Shown: positions 40,478 through 51,460, counted from the stretch's first letter. The stretch: DNA of 64,000 bases from an uncultured Planctomycetota bacterium (GCA_963737655.1 CAVTTN010000002.1:192001-256000), one strand, 5' to 3'. Program-made: numbers and translations. The notes: generated from the sequence alone by a model not told the origin.

Positions 40478-42247
40478 ATGCGACGGCCCCGGACGGCGAT
40501 GACGATCCGGATGATGTTATTGCTGGTCTTATGCAGCGCAGTTTACCTCTGGGTCTTCCAGACTTACCTGGATCATGGCGGGACGGTCGCGAAGGCGAGG
40601 GCCCTGAGGTTCGGCCGGACCTCCGCCCGGAGGGCCGCCGCCCGGGATCTCGCGGACCAGGGATTCCAGTCGGGCCCCGAGGCCTTTCGGGCCCTGATCG
40701 CCGCCCTCGACGATCCGGATGGTGAGGTCCGCCTCCTCGCGGCGGTCGCCCTGAAATCGTTCGGCGAGGCGGACCCCGACGCGGCCCTCGGGCTCGTACG
40801 GCTGCTCCGAGATCGCGATCCGAAGCTCCGGGCCGCCGCGGCCGAGGCCCTGGGGACGCAGCCGCTTCCCGGGGTCACGCGTGCCCTGGTCGCGGCCCTG
40901 GACGACCCCGATTGTCGGGTGGTCGTCGAGGTCGTCGGCTCCCTGGCGAAGCTGAGGACGACCGACGGACTCGCGATCGACCGACTCCTGACGAGGACGG
41001 AGGCGCCGGACCCGGCGATTCGGGCCGCCTCGCTCGCATCGCTGAGCTCGCTCGGCCAGGTCGCCGGCGGCGCAGGCGCGGGACCGGACTTCTCGCCGTC
41101 GCGTGCGTACCAGACGGCGTTGCAGAGGTCCTTGAAAGACCCGTTGCCCTCGGTCCGCCTGGCCGCCCTGCGCTCCCTCCAGCTCCGGCCGCTCTCCGGG
41201 TTCCACGACCCGGCCGCCGTGATCGCGGCCCTGGCCGAAGCCATCCGGTCGGCCGACCCGATCGAGCAGGTCGAGGCCGCCCACGGCCTCGTGGGCCTGA
41301 TGTCCCAGTCGGTGCAACTCGGCGACAAGCAAGAGATCCGCGCATCGCTCCATGCGCTCCCGCCCCTGTTGGAGGAGTTGCGGCGACCCGAGGACCGCCG
41401 CCGAGACGCCGCCCTCTCCGCCCTGACCCGGGTCGGGATCACGGCCCGAGTGCTGTCGATGGCCCCCCCGCCGAGACTCCGCGACCAGATCGCTTCGCGG
41501 ATCGAGGAGGCGTTGACCGATCCGCGAGCCGAGACGCGAGCGGCGGCCCAGACCGCCCTGATCGAATTTGGTCCGCGAGTGTCCCTGGCCGGCCCATCCA
41601 CCCTTCGCGCCCTGGAAGCCGGGCTCGCCGACCGCGATCCCCGGGTCCGCCGATCGGTCATCGCCGGCCTTGCGGGCCTCCGACATCAAGAGGAGCTGGA
41701 TTGGCGAGTGGCCCGGGACCTCCTGCGATCGCTCGGGCTCCTCGCGACCCGGACTTTCTTCAAAGAGGCTCGGGAAGCCAACGCCGCCCGGGACTGGGCA
41801 GCCGGCAACGCCCGGGCCCTGGGTCGTCGCCTCGATCCCGAGAATCTTCAACTCCTCAAATTCTCGGATGTCCTCCTCATCCGCGCCCTGAACGATCCCG
41901 AATCGGACGTTCGCCTCCGGGCCTTCACGACCCTTCGAAGGACCGAACGGCCCTCGAAGGAGGTGGAGGACGCCCTGGCCCGGGAGGTGCGAAATCGGCT
42001 GAAACGCCTCGATTCGCCCGATCCGAGGGTCCGCGAGGAAGCCGCCCGGGGGTTCGCCTGGGTCCGTCGCGAGGAGATGGAAGAGGTCTGGGCCGCCCTC
42101 CGGAAGCACCTGGACGATCCCGACCCGAAGACGGCGCAAAAGGTCGCCCAGTCGGTTCAGAAGCTCAATCACCTGGCCTCTCGGGCCAAGAATGCCCCGG
42201 AGTGGCCACGCCCGGAATGGCCCGCCGATACCGATCCGCCCCTTTAA
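40478..42247 (+). CDS. HEAT-repeat protein with N-terminal membrane anchor
   Basis: Repeated L..AL.DPD..VR..AA units; hydrophobic N-terminus. Confidence 0.85.
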   Translation: MRRPRTAMTIRMMLLLVLCSAVYLWVFQTYLDHGGTVAKARALRFGRTSARRAAARDLADQGFQSGPEAFRALIAALDDPDGEVRLLAAVALKSFGEADPDAALGLVRLLRDRDPKLRAAAAEALGTQPLPGVTRALVAALDDPDCRVVVEVVGSLAKLRTTDGLAIDRLLTRTEAPDPAIRAASLASLSSLGQVAGGAGAGPDFSPSRAYQTALQRSLKDPLPSVRLAALRSLQLRPLSGFHDPAAVIAALAEAIRSADPIEQVEAAHGLVGLMSQSVQLGDKQEIRASLHALPPLLEELRRPEDRRRDAALSALTRVGITARVLSMAPPPRLRDQIASRIEEALTDPRAETRAAAQTALIEFGPRVSLAGPSTLRALEAGLADRDPRVRRSVIAGLAGLRHQEELDWRVARDLLRSLGLLATRTFFKEAREANAARDWAAGNARALGRRLDPENLQLLKFSDVLLIRALNDPESDVRLRAFTTLRRTERPSKEVEDALAREVRNRLKRLDSPDPRVREEAARGFAWVRREEMEEVWAALRKHLDDPDPKTAQKVAQSVQKLNHLASRAKNAPEWPRPEWPADTDPPL

Positions 42248-42301
42248 GGGAAGGAAAGGGCGGGTCCGGCTAGTGTGGGATCGAGAGCCCACCTCCTCTC
42301 A

Positions 42302-42453
42302 GAGGCTATCCGGAAAGGGGCTTCCAACATCGAAGGATGAGTAGGTCCGACTTCAGTCGGGCCTACATCCCGGAGTTCTTTGGGTAGGCCCGACTGAAGT
42401 CGGACCTACTTTACCCCTCGTCGCGGTCGGAAATCTCCTTCCCGGATAGCCTC
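42302..42453. mobile_element. MITE-like non-autonomous element containing a GTAG REP doublet
   Basis: 17 bp terminal inverted repeats GAGGCTATCCGG(A/G)AAGG, TCA on both flanks, internal exact inverted 26-mers at 42341-42366 and 42384-42409. Confidence 0.7.
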
Positions 42454-43281
42454 TCACCTCGCCGGGGCGCCGTCGGTCATCAGCCGCCGGGCCTCTTCGG
42501 CGTCGATTCGGACTCGTTCGATCTTCAGGGCCCGGCCGGTTGTGGGATCGACCTCGATCAGGGCCCCGCAGAGCCGGGGGTCTCCGGTGGCCACGTCGAA
42601 ATGGTGGGGGACGTGCGACAGGGTGGCCGCGAGGACCCGGTCGTAGCGGCGGCCGAGGATCGAATCGTACGGGCCGGTCATCCCGACGTCGGTCTGGTAG
42701 GCCGTGCCCTTGGGCAGGATTTGCTCGTCGGCCGTGGGGACGTGGGTATGCGTCCCGAGGATCGCCGAGATTCGTCCATCGAGATATCGGCCGAGCAATT
42801 GCTTGTCGCTGGTGGCCTCGGCGTGATGGTCCACGACGATCACCCGGGCCGTCCTCGCCAGGCGATCGACGAGGCGGTCGGAGGCGCGGAAGGGGTCGTC
42901 CACCGGCTTCATGAACGTCCGGCCGAGCACGGTGAACACCCCGACGACCGTCCCATCGCGGGCCTCGACCAAGGCCGAATCGGCTCCGGGGGAGTCCTCG
43001 GGGAAGTTGGCGGGTCGGAGGAGGCGGTCGGACCGATCGAAAAGCGTGAAGATCTCATCCTTGCGATACACGTGATCGCCCAGGGTGAAGACGTCCACCC
43101 CGGCCTCGACGAGTTCCTCGTGGCAACTGATCGTCAGGCCCGAGCCGCCGGCCGCATTCTCCGCGTTGCAGACGACCAGGCCGATCCCCCACCGCGGGAT
43201 GATCCTCGGCAACACCTGGCCGACGATCTTCCGGCCGGGAGAGCCGACGACGTCGCCGATGAAGAGGATTTTCAGGGACAT
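42454..43281 (-). CDS. ymdB: YmdB/TIGR00282 family metallophosphoesterase
   Basis: ILFIGDVVGSPGR, NAENAAGGSG, HAEATSDK, GTHTHVPTAD, TDVGMTGPYDSILG. Confidence 0.95.
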   Translation of the reverse strand: MSLKILFIGDVVGSPGRKIVGQVLPRIIPRWGIGLVVCNAENAAGGSGLTISCHEELVEAGVDVFTLGDHVYRKDEIFTLFDRSDRLLRPANFPEDSPGADSALVEARDGTVVGVFTVLGRTFMKPVDDPFRASDRLVDRLARTARVIVVDHHAEATSDKQLLGRYLDGRISAILGTHTHVPTADEQILPKGTAYQTDVGMTGPYDSILGRRYDRVLAATLSHVPHHFDVATGDPRLCGALIEVDPTTGRALKIERVRIDAEEARRLMTDGAPAR

Positions 43282-43285
43282 AAAC

Positions 43286-43684
43286 TCACCAGATCGTCGA
43301 GACGGAGGAGGCGCGGATCATGCGGTCGCAACTGAGCAGGGGGACGCCGAGATCGACGGCCGTGGCCGCGATGATGCGGTCGGGCATGTCCGGGACCTCG
43401 TGGCGCGGCACGGTTTCCATCGCGGCCACGATCCGCGGGCCGACCCGGATTTCGATGAAGGGACGGCCCGGATCGATCAGCCCTCGGACGAGGTCGAGCA
43501 TGTCCGGGGCGACACCTCGCTTCTCGACCAGATAGACGATCTCGACGAGGCTGATGGTGGAGATCGCGATCTGATCGCCGCCGGCCTCGGCCCTCAGGAT
43601 CAAGGACTTCGCGAGCTCAGAGAGTTTCGGATGGCTATGGACGAACCGGATGGGCGCGTGAGTATCGGCCACGGCGGCGATCAT
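43286..43684 (-). CDS. vapC: PIN-domain (VapC) toxin
   Basis: VADTH, ISTISLVEI, PDMPDRIIAATA, PLLSCD; ATGA overlap with the upstream small gene. Confidence 0.9.
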   Translation of the reverse strand: MIAAVADTHAPIRFVHSHPKLSELAKSLILRAEAGGDQIAISTISLVEIVYLVEKRGVAPDMLDLVRGLIDPGRPFIEIRVGPRIVAAMETVPRHEVPDMPDRIIAATAVDLGVPLLSCDRMIRASSVSTIW

Positions 43685-43932
43685 CGGGAGGATTCCTCGG
43701 GGGCGAGTCCCTCCCACATCGCCCAACGCGCCTCCGCGAAGTCCTCCTCCGACGGTCCAGGACCGTGATCCTTCAACACGCCGAACACCGACGGGAACGG
43801 CTTCCTCGGAGGCTCCGACACAAGGCCCTCGACGACCAGGCGCGTCGCCAGGGCGGAGATCAGCTTGAGCTGATCCTCGACGGGGAGGCCCTTCGCCAGA
43901 TCGAAAGCGTCTTCATACAAGGGGGATGCCAT
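43681..43932 (-). CDS. Putative antitoxin paired with VapC
   Basis: 83 aa; LPVEDQLKLI...GPGPSEEDFAEAR; its stop overlaps the toxin start. Confidence 0.75.
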   Translation of the reverse strand: MASPLYEDAFDLAKGLPVEDQLKLISALATRLVVEGLVSEPPRKPFPSVFGVLKDHGPGPSEEDFAEARWAMWEGLAPEESSR

Positions 43933-44044
43933 GGCTCTCGACTCCTCGAACCCTCGGGCCCTTGATCGTGTTACGCATCCCTCGTCGGCTCCACCAGCGT
44001 AATATCGGTTCCCGTTGGTCCGATAGCTCTCGCTCGCGGGTGTG

Positions 44045-45613
44045 TTATCGGGCGAACTCGACGGCCCGGGTCTCTCTTAACACGGTGACCTTGACCTCTC
44101 CGGGGAACGTCAACTGCTCCTGGATGGCCTGGGCGATGTCCCGGCAGAGCTTGGCGGCGGCCGGGTCGTCGAGCTGGTGGCTGTTGGCGATCACGCGGAC
44201 CTCCCGGCCCGCCTGGATCGCGTAGGCTTGCTCGACCCCCGGGAATCCGTAGACCAGGCCCTCAAGTTCTTCGAGCCGCCGGACGTACTTTTCCAACGTC
44301 TCGCGACGCGCCCCGGGCCGGCTCGCGCTGATGGCGTCGGCGGCGGCGACGAGGACGGTATACGGGGTGTCGGTCCTCAGGTCGTCGTGGTGGCCGAGCG
44401 CGGCGTGGACGACCTCCTTGCGCTCGCCGAACCTCTTGCAGAGCTCGGCGCCGACGGCCGGGTGGCCGCCTTCCATCTCGTGGTCGGCGGCCTTGCCGAT
44501 GTCGTGGAGGAGCCCGCAGCGGCGGCCCAGGGCGCCGTCGTGGCCGATCTCCTCGGCGAGGAGGCCCGTCAGGTAGGCCACCTCGATCGAGTGTTGCAGG
44601 ACGTTCTGGGAGTAGCTCGTGCGGAACTTCAATCGGCCGAGGTAGTCCAGGAGCTTGTCGTGGAGGCCCGGGACGTTCGCTTCCTGGGCGGCTTTCCGGC
44701 CGAGGTCGCGGATGTGGGCCTCCATCTCCTCCTGGCACTCGGCGACGACCTCTTCGATCCTCGTCGGGTGGATCCGGCCGTCGAGGATCAGCTTCTCCAG
44801 GGCGATCTTGGCGATTTCTCGGCGGATGTTGTCGAAGCCCGAGACGATCACGACGCCCGGCGTGTCGTCCACGATCACGTCCACGCCGGTGGCCTTTTCG
44901 AAGGCGCGGATGTTCCGGCCTTCCCGGCCGATGATCCGGCCCTTCATGTCGTCGGTGGGGATGTCGACGGTGCTCACCGTGGTCTCGGCGGTGTGGCCGG
45001 CGGCGTACCTCTGGATCGTGGTGGCGAGGATCTCCCGGGCCTTCTGGGTGGCGGTCTCTTTCATGACCTGCTCGTGCTTGAGGATCAGGCCGCCGATCTC
45101 GTGCTTCATCTCGTCGTCGAGGCGGGCGAAGAGGGCGGCGCGGGCCTCGTCGGGCGAGAGGCCGGAGATCCGGTGGAGCGCGTCTCGGCCCTCGGCGAGG
45201 AGGCCCTTCAACTCGGTGTTGCGGCGGTTGACCTCGTCCTGCTGCTCGGCCAGGTAGCGCTGGACGGTCTCGAACTCGCGCTCCTTCTTGTTGATCATGT
45301 CGAGCTTCTGGTCGAGCAGGTCGCCGCGCTTCTCCAGCCGCTTCTCCTGCTCGCGGAGGCTCCGGCGGGCGTCCTCGACCTCGCGGTCGAGGACGTCGCG
45401 ACGTCGGAGGGCCTCCTCCTTGGACTCGATCTCGGCCTGCTTGCGGGTCGTCTCGGCCTGGAGGGCGGCCGCGGCCAGGATCTCGTCGGATCGGGACCGC
45501 GCGGCCTTCACGCCGAGCGAGGCGAGGACCTGCCAGGCCGCCAGGCCCGCGCAGAGGCCCAGGGCCAGGCCGATGGCCAGGCCGATCAGCAACTTTATGG
45601 TCTGAGGGTCCAC
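44045..45613 (-). CDS. rny: Ribonuclease Y
   Basis: N-terminal TM, coiled coil, KH domain ([17 protein letters not shown]), HD domain (LLHDIGK), [14 protein letters not shown]. Confidence 0.97.
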   Translation of the reverse strand: MDPQTIKLLIGLAIGLALGLCAGLAAWQVLASLGVKAARSRSDEILAAAALQAETTRKQAEIESKEEALRRRDVLDREVEDARRSLREQEKRLEKRGDLLDQKLDMINKKEREFETVQRYLAEQQDEVNRRNTELKGLLAEGRDALHRISGLSPDEARAALFARLDDEMKHEIGGLILKHEQVMKETATQKAREILATTIQRYAAGHTAETTVSTVDIPTDDMKGRIIGREGRNIRAFEKATGVDVIVDDTPGVVIVSGFDNIRREIAKIALEKLILDGRIHPTRIEEVVAECQEEMEAHIRDLGRKAAQEANVPGLHDKLLDYLGRLKFRTSYSQNVLQHSIEVAYLTGLLAEEIGHDGALGRRCGLLHDIGKAADHEMEGGHPAVGAELCKRFGERKEVVHAALGHHDDLRTDTPYTVLVAAADAISASRPGARRETLEKYVRRLEELEGLVYGFPGVEQAYAIQAGREVRVIANSHQLDDPAAAKLCRDIAQAIQEQLTFPGEVKVTVLRETRAVEFAR

Positions 45614-45900
45614 GTCCGCGCCCCACGAGGTTCGGGTTGGAGGCCCTCGCCCGGGGTCGATCGTCCGGGGGCGAGGGAGGGAACGGCGCGGATTGCGATC
45701 TCCGCCGTCCTCCCCCGTCGCCGGGAGACTCGGGCGATCGGCGGCCCCCAAGGTGTCCGAGGGCCGGCGAAGATTGGGCGCGCCGGTGACCCGGCCGGCG
45801 ATCGGGACCGGGCTCCGCCGATCGCTCGCGATCGACCCGGCCCCGCCCCTGGCGCCGAGCCGAGGCATACCTTCCGATCCTACCAGAACGCCCCCGACAA

Positions 45901-47043
45901 TCAATCGGCCGGCGGCCACGCCGCCATGGGTTCCGGGGCCTCGCCCGGGTCGATCCCCAGGAACGAAAGCACCTCGCGGACGATCCTCTCGGCCGCCCGG
46001 CCGTCGCCGAAGGGCAGGCGGGAAAGGCCCCTGGCTCCGGGAGCGTTCAGCACTTTCGACGCCTCCGCCACGATCGTCGTCCGATCCGGGCGCACCAGTC
46101 TCGCCGATCCCAGGGCGACCGCCTCCGGCCTCTCCGTCTCGTGGCGGAGCACCAGGACCGGCGTCCCCAGGGCCGGACCCTCCTCCTGGACGCCCCCGGA
46201 ATCGCTCAGGATCACCGCCGCGCCGGCCATCAGCGCCACGAACTGGGGGTAGCCGACCGGGTCGATCAGGAGGACGCGGTCCCGGCCTTCCAGGGCCTCG
46301 GCCATCGGCCGGCGGACTTCCGGGTTCGGGTGCGCCGGGACCACCGCGCCGAGGTCCTCGAACCGATCCACCAGGTCGGCCACCGCCCGGGCGATCTCAC
46401 GGATCGGCTCGCCCCAGTTCTCGCGACGGTGGGCCGTGACCAGCAGATAGCGCCTCGCCGGAGGCTGGACCGGCGAATCACAGCCCCGGGCCAGGGTCCA
46501 GCGGAGGGCGTCGATCACCGGATTGCCCGTGAGCTTGATCGCCCCCGGGTCGATCCCCTCGCGGAGCAGGTTGCCCCGGGCGATCGCGGTCGGGGCGAAG
46601 TGGATCGCGGCGAGCCGGGCGGTGAGCTCGCGGTTCTTCTCCTCGGGGAACGGCTCGTACCGCCGCCCGGTCCGCAATCCGGCCTCGACGTGCCCGAAGG
46701 GGATTCGATGATAATGACAGGCCAGCGCGGAGGCGAAGACCGTGGTGGTGTCTCCCACGGCCAGGACCAGGTCGGGCCGTTCGTCCGCCAGGTCGGCCGA
46801 GATCGCCTCCAGGGCCCGGGCGGTCAGCTCGGCCAGGCCCTGGCCGGGCCTCATCAGGCCGAGGTCGCGGTCGGCCGACAGCTCGAAGTCCGAGAGGGCC
46901 AGGTCCAGCAAGCCCCGATGCTGGCCCGTCGAGACGATCCGGCACGAGACGCCCGAATCCTCCCTCCTCAGGCGATGGATGATCGGCGCGAGCTTCACGG
47001 CTTCGGGACGAGTCCCGACCAGACAGGCGACGGTCCGGGGCAT
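45901..47043 (-). CDS. wecB: UDP-N-acetylglucosamine 2-epimerase (non-hydrolysing)
   Basis: [53 protein letters not shown]. Confidence 0.95.
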   Translation of the reverse strand: MPRTVACLVGTRPEAVKLAPIIHRLRREDSGVSCRIVSTGQHRGLLDLALSDFELSADRDLGLMRPGQGLAELTARALEAISADLADERPDLVLAVGDTTTVFASALACHYHRIPFGHVEAGLRTGRRYEPFPEEKNRELTARLAAIHFAPTAIARGNLLREGIDPGAIKLTGNPVIDALRWTLARGCDSPVQPPARRYLLVTAHRRENWGEPIREIARAVADLVDRFEDLGAVVPAHPNPEVRRPMAEALEGRDRVLLIDPVGYPQFVALMAGAAVILSDSGGVQEEGPALGTPVLVLRHETERPEAVALGSARLVRPDRTTIVAEASKVLNAPGARGLSRLPFGDGRAAERIVREVLSFLGIDPGEAPEPMAAWPPAD

Positions 47044-47184
47044 CTCGGGCCTCCCTCCCGAGGCAGGTTACGCGGCCCGGCCGTCTCCCGACAAGGCCGA
47101 CGCCGCTCGCCCCCCCGGGACTCGCGAGTCCCTCCCGGAAAACGCCTCCGATCCCTCGCCGTCCCAAAAACTCTCAATCCCACC

Positions 47185-47235
47185 TTGACGAGAATCCGAT
47201 CTCTGATACAGTTGATTGAAACGTCCGTTTGAATC
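47185..47235 (+). promoter_or_regulatory. Sigma70-like promoter plus palindromic TetR operator
   Basis: TTGACG-N16-TACAGT with an extended TG, followed by the imperfect palindrome GATTGAAACGTCCGTTTGAATC (47214-47235). Confidence 0.65.
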
Positions 47236-47256
47236 GCTCGTTTCGAGGCGCTGGGA

Positions 47257-47907
47257 ATGGCCGCCGACCCCACGAAAGCCCGGCTTCTGGACGCGGCCGG
47301 CGAGGAGTTCGCCGAGAAGGGATTCGAAGGGGCGACGGTCCGCGCCATCTGCGAGAGGGCGAGGGCGAACGTCGCCGCCGTGAATTACCACTTCGGCGAC
47401 AAGGAGCAACTGTACATCCAGGCGGTGATCGAGGCCCATCGGTGCGGGATGGAGGGGGACGGCCCGGAGGACGTTCCGGGCTCGCCCGAGGAGCGGCTCC
47501 GCCATTTCGTCGGGAATTTCCTGGAACGGGTCCTGGCGGTCACGGACCGCGAGAGCTGGCACCACAAGCTGATGCTCCGCGAGATGATCCGGCCGACCCG
47601 GGCCTCCGAGGCCTTGGTCCGCGAGGTGATCCGGCCCAAGTTCAACCATCTCCAGGCCCTCCTCCGCGATCTCGACCCCGAGGGCGACGACCGCCGGTTG
47701 CTCGCCCTGGCCTTCAGCGTGATCGGCCAGTGCCTGCATTACAAGATGTCGCGGCCGATCTCCGAACGGCTGGCGGGGACCGCGGCGTTCGCCAGCCTCC
47801 TGGACCTCAATTACCTGACCGATCACATCACCGGAGTGACCCTGGCCGCCCTCGGGATCGGCCCCGGCATCGCTCGTCACGCCCCGGCGGGGGGAGGCCC
47901 GGCATGA
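47257..47907 (+). CDS. TetR family regulator (CecR/YbiH-like, DUF1956 C-terminus)
   Basis: TKARLLDAAGEEFAEKGFEGATVRAICERARANVAAVNYHFGDKEQLY. Confidence 0.92.
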   Translation: MAADPTKARLLDAAGEEFAEKGFEGATVRAICERARANVAAVNYHFGDKEQLYIQAVIEAHRCGMEGDGPEDVPGSPEERLRHFVGNFLERVLAVTDRESWHHKLMLREMIRPTRASEALVREVIRPKFNHLQALLRDLDPEGDDRRLLALAFSVIGQCLHYKMSRPISERLAGTAAFASLLDLNYLTDHITGVTLAALGIGPGIARHAPAGGGPA

Positions 47908-49429
47908 ATCGGTGGAAGCTCTCGGGTGTCACGGCCCGGAACGCCCTGATCGCGTTCCTCACGGTTTTGGCGGCCCTCCTGATCGCCCAGATCCGGGGCA
48001 AGATCCATCTCTGGGTCTTGTCGGGCGATCGCGGGGTGCTCGCCGGCGCGTTCCTCGGGCTGGCGGTCGTGACGCTCCTGTACACCCAGCAGATGAGCTG
48101 GATCGCGCTGAAGATGCTCACCGGCGACAAGGCCAAATTCCTGGGGATCGTCCTGGGCCTCACGTTCGCGGCCCTCTTGATCACCCAGCAAGGCTCGATC
48201 TTCTGCGGCCTGATGAGGCGGACGGCCGGGCAGGTCGAGGACATCCGGGGGGCGGACCTCTGGGTGATGGACGCCAACGTCCGCTACATCGACGACGTCA
48301 AGCCGATGATCGAGACCAGCCTGTATCGCGTCCGAGGGGTCGATGGCGTGAAGTGGGCCGTCCCCCTCTACAAGGGGAACGCCCGTTTGAAGCTCAAGAC
48401 CGTGAACGCCGAGGGCCAGCCGCTGAACGTGATCGAGCAGGTCATCCTCCTCGGAGTGGATGACGCCTCGCTCGTCGGGCGCCTCCCCCGGAACGGGTCC
48501 TCTGCGGGACCCTGGACGACCTCCGCCAGACCGACGCGATCATGATCGACTACAACCGCCTGCCCAAGCTGTTCCCGGGCGAGGCCTGGAACGAGGCCCC
48601 CGAGCCGACGAAGAAGGACGCGATCAAGGACGCCTTCATCCAGGGGGCGATCGACGTCGCCAACGCCGTCCGCGCCAAGGTCAATCCCGAGAGCCGGCCG
48701 TGGAAGGGCCCGCCCACCGTGGAGGAACGCCTGAGGGTCAAGCAGGGTCAGTTCTATCGGAGGTTCCTCGGCCGGGAGGTCGAGATGAACGACCATCGCG
48801 GGATCATCGTCGGCGTCTGCGAGGCGACCCGGACGTTCCAGTCCAACCCGGTCGTCTACACCCTGTATTCGCGGGCCAAGCGGTTCATCCCGGCCGAGAG
48901 GAAGCTGCTCTCCTACGTCCTGGCGAAGACCGAGGACGGCCTCAAGCCCGACGACGTGGCCAAGAGGATCTCCGAGCAGACCGGCCTGAAGGCCCGGACC
49001 AGCGACGAATTCTTCTGGGACACGGTCTGGTACTACTTCAAGTACACGGGCATCCCGATCAATTTCGGGATCACGACGCTGCTCGGCTTCTTCATCGGCA
49101 CGGCCATCGCGGGCCAGACGTTCTACAACTTCACGATCGAGAACCTCAAGCAATTCGGGTCGCTCAAGGCGATGGGCGCGACGAACGCCAAGATCGTGGG
49201 GATGATCCTGCTCCAGGCGACCGTGGTGGGCCTCCTGGGCTACGGGATCGGCGTCGGCATGGCGACGCTCTTCGGCGTGATGAGCAAGGGCGGAGAGCTG
49301 GCGTTCTACACGCCCTGGCAGGTCCTGCCGATCGCCGGCGCGGCGATCGTGATCATCTGCATCCTTTCGAGCGTCCTGTGCATCCGCAAGGTCATCGTGC
49401 TCGAGCCGGCCGTGGTGTTCCGGGGCTAA
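47904..49429 (+). CDS. ABC exporter permease (MacB/FtsX/DevC-like); apparent -1 frameshift near 48478
   Basis: IALKMLTGDKAKFLGIVLGLTFA, ADLWVMD, QTFYNFTIENLKQFGSLKAMGA, LEPAVVFRG across two frames. Confidence 0.88.
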
Positions 49430-49446
49430 TTTCGAGGGGAGAAGAC

Positions 49447-50247
49447 GTGGAGACGACCTTGAATGACCATGCCGTCGCCGCGAACCCCTCGGCGTCGATC
49501 GCCCCTCCGGAGCTTTCCGGCAGCGTGGCGGTGAAGATCCGGGGGGTCGCCAAGCACTTCGGCAAGGGCGAACAGCGCGTCACGGCCCTGAAGGGCATCG
49601 ATTGGGACGTGTACATGGGCCAGATGTCCATGATCATCGGCCCGTCGGGGTGCGGCAAGACGACGTTGCTCTCGGTGATCGCCGGGATCCTCGACTGCGA
49701 CGAGGGCTCGGTCTCGATCTTCGGCGAGGAGGTCACCCGGTTCAGCGACGGCCGCCGGACCCGGTTCCGATCGCTGAACATCGGCTTCATCTTCCAGCAA
49801 TACAACCTCCTGCCCGCGCTCACGGCGGCGGAGAACGCGGCCATCCCGCTGGTGATCGGCGGATGGAAGAAGCCGAAGGCCGTGGCCCGGGCCCGGGACG
49901 TCCTGAACGACCTGGGGATGGGCAAGAAGACCGAGAGCTTCCCCAATCAGCTCTCGGGAGGCCAGCAGCAGCGAGTGGCCATCGCCCGGTCGCTCGTCCA
50001 CTCGCCGCGATTGCTCGTCTGCGACGAGCCGACGGCCGCCCTGGACCACGAGACCGGCCTGTCGGTGATGGAGATGCTCCGCAAGGCCGCCGTCCGGGCC
50101 GATCGCGCCGTGATCGTCGTGACCCACGACAACCGCGTCTTCCACTTCGGCGACCGGATCGCCCGGATGGACGACGGCCGGATGGTCGAGGTCACCGAGA
50201 AAGCCCCGTGGGCCCCGATGAAGATCGAGGCCGAGGTCGCCGCCTGA
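49447..50247 (+). CDS. ABC transporter ATP-binding protein (LolD/DevA-like)
   Basis: GPSGCGKTT, LSGGQQQRVAIAR, CDEPTAALD, VTHD. Confidence 0.95.
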   Translation: METTLNDHAVAANPSASIAPPELSGSVAVKIRGVAKHFGKGEQRVTALKGIDWDVYMGQMSMIIGPSGCGKTTLLSVIAGILDCDEGSVSIFGEEVTRFSDGRRTRFRSLNIGFIFQQYNLLPALTAAENAAIPLVIGGWKKPKAVARARDVLNDLGMGKKTESFPNQLSGGQQQRVAIARSLVHSPRLLVCDEPTAALDHETGLSVMEMLRKAAVRADRAVIVVTHDNRVFHFGDRIARMDDGRMVEVTEKAPWAPMKIEAEVAA

Positions 50248-50296
50248 TCCGCCCCGAACCGTAGCCCCCTAACCAACCGAACCGGTGGTGCGAGCC

Positions 50297-51442
50297 ATGA
50301 TGTCCAAGTACGTCCTGCCCGGCCTGGCGGTCCTCGGCCTGGGCTTCGCGATCTTCAACGTGGTCAACGGCGCCAAGCCGCCGAAGGACGCGACGATCTA
50401 CCTCGAGCCGCCCAGCCGGCCGGAGAAGGTCAAGTCGATCGCCGGGGCCGGCCTGATCGAGGCGAGGCAGGAGAACATCCCGATCGGCGCCAACATCCCG
50501 GGCGTCGTCACGAAGATGTACGTCAAGATCGGCGACCCGGTGAAGGTCGGCACCCCGCTGTTCCGCACCGACGACCGCAACCTGAAGGCCGAGCTCAAGG
50601 TCCGCGAGGCGAACCTGCTCTACGCCCGGGCCCAGCTCGAACGGCTGAAGGCGTCCCCGCAGACCCAGGACATCCCCACGGCCCAGGCGGCCGTGGACGA
50701 GGCCCGCGCCCGGCTGTTCGACTCGGAGATCATCTACAAGAGGACCAGCCAGCTCTTCAACCAGCAGGTCAGCCCCTCCAGCGAGTTCGACCGCGACCGC
50801 TACGCCTTCCAGGCCGCCAAGGCCGCCCTGGCCCGGTCCGAGGCCGAGCTCGCGAGGATCCGCACGACCTGGCAGAAAGACATCGAGGTCGCCCAGACCC
50901 AGGTGGAGCAGGCCCAGAGCCAGGTGGCCATGGTCAACTCGGACCTCGATCGCTGCACGGTCCAGTCGTTCGTCGACGGCGAGGTGCTCCAGGTCAACGT
51001 CCGGCTCGGCCAGTTCGCCGCGGCCGTGTGGAAGGAGCCCCTGCTCGTCCTGGGCGACGTCAAGACGCTCAACGTCCGGGTGGACATCGACGAGCAGGAC
51101 GTCCCGTTCTTCGACAAGGACGCCGAGGCCGTCGCCACCCTCAAGGGCCGCCCCGGCTACAAGTTCGCGCTGAAGGAGATCGTCAAGATCGAGCCCTACG
51201 TGATCCCCAAGAAGAGCCTGACCGGCGACAACTCCGAGAGGGTCGATACCCGCGTCCTCCAGGTCGTCTACGCGCTGCCGAGGGAGACGGACATCCCCTT
51301 GTATGTCGGCGAGCAAATGGACGTCTATCTGAAGGCCGCCACGCTGACCGAGGAGCAGGAAGGCCGCCTGAAGGCCGGTCCCGGGGTCCAGAAGCCGTTC
51401 GACGACTCGCCGAAGGACGCCTCGCCGACCCGGGCGAAGTGA
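50297..51442 (+). CDS. HlyD/RND-type periplasmic adaptor subunit
   Basis: N-terminal TM, lipoyl-like GVVTKMYVKIGDPVKVG, long coiled coil, VRVDIDEQD, ERVDTRVLQV. Confidence 0.92.
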   Translation: MMSKYVLPGLAVLGLGFAIFNVVNGAKPPKDATIYLEPPSRPEKVKSIAGAGLIEARQENIPIGANIPGVVTKMYVKIGDPVKVGTPLFRTDDRNLKAELKVREANLLYARAQLERLKASPQTQDIPTAQAAVDEARARLFDSEIIYKRTSQLFNQQVSPSSEFDRDRYAFQAAKAALARSEAELARIRTTWQKDIEVAQTQVEQAQSQVAMVNSDLDRCTVQSFVDGEVLQVNVRLGQFAAAVWKEPLLVLGDVKTLNVRVDIDEQDVPFFDKDAEAVATLKGRPGYKFALKEIVKIEPYVIPKKSLTGDNSERVDTRVLQVVYALPRETDIPLYVGEQMDVYLKAATLTEEQEGRLKAGPGVQKPFDDSPKDASPTRAK

Positions 51443-51460
51443 CCGGGCCTCCGAACTCGC

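Noticed and set aside
45614..45900. 6S RNA upstream of rny, as in zapA-ssrS-rny loci
   Set aside because: I could not identify the long rod with central bubble or conserved 6S motifs by eye; an Rfam search would be needed.
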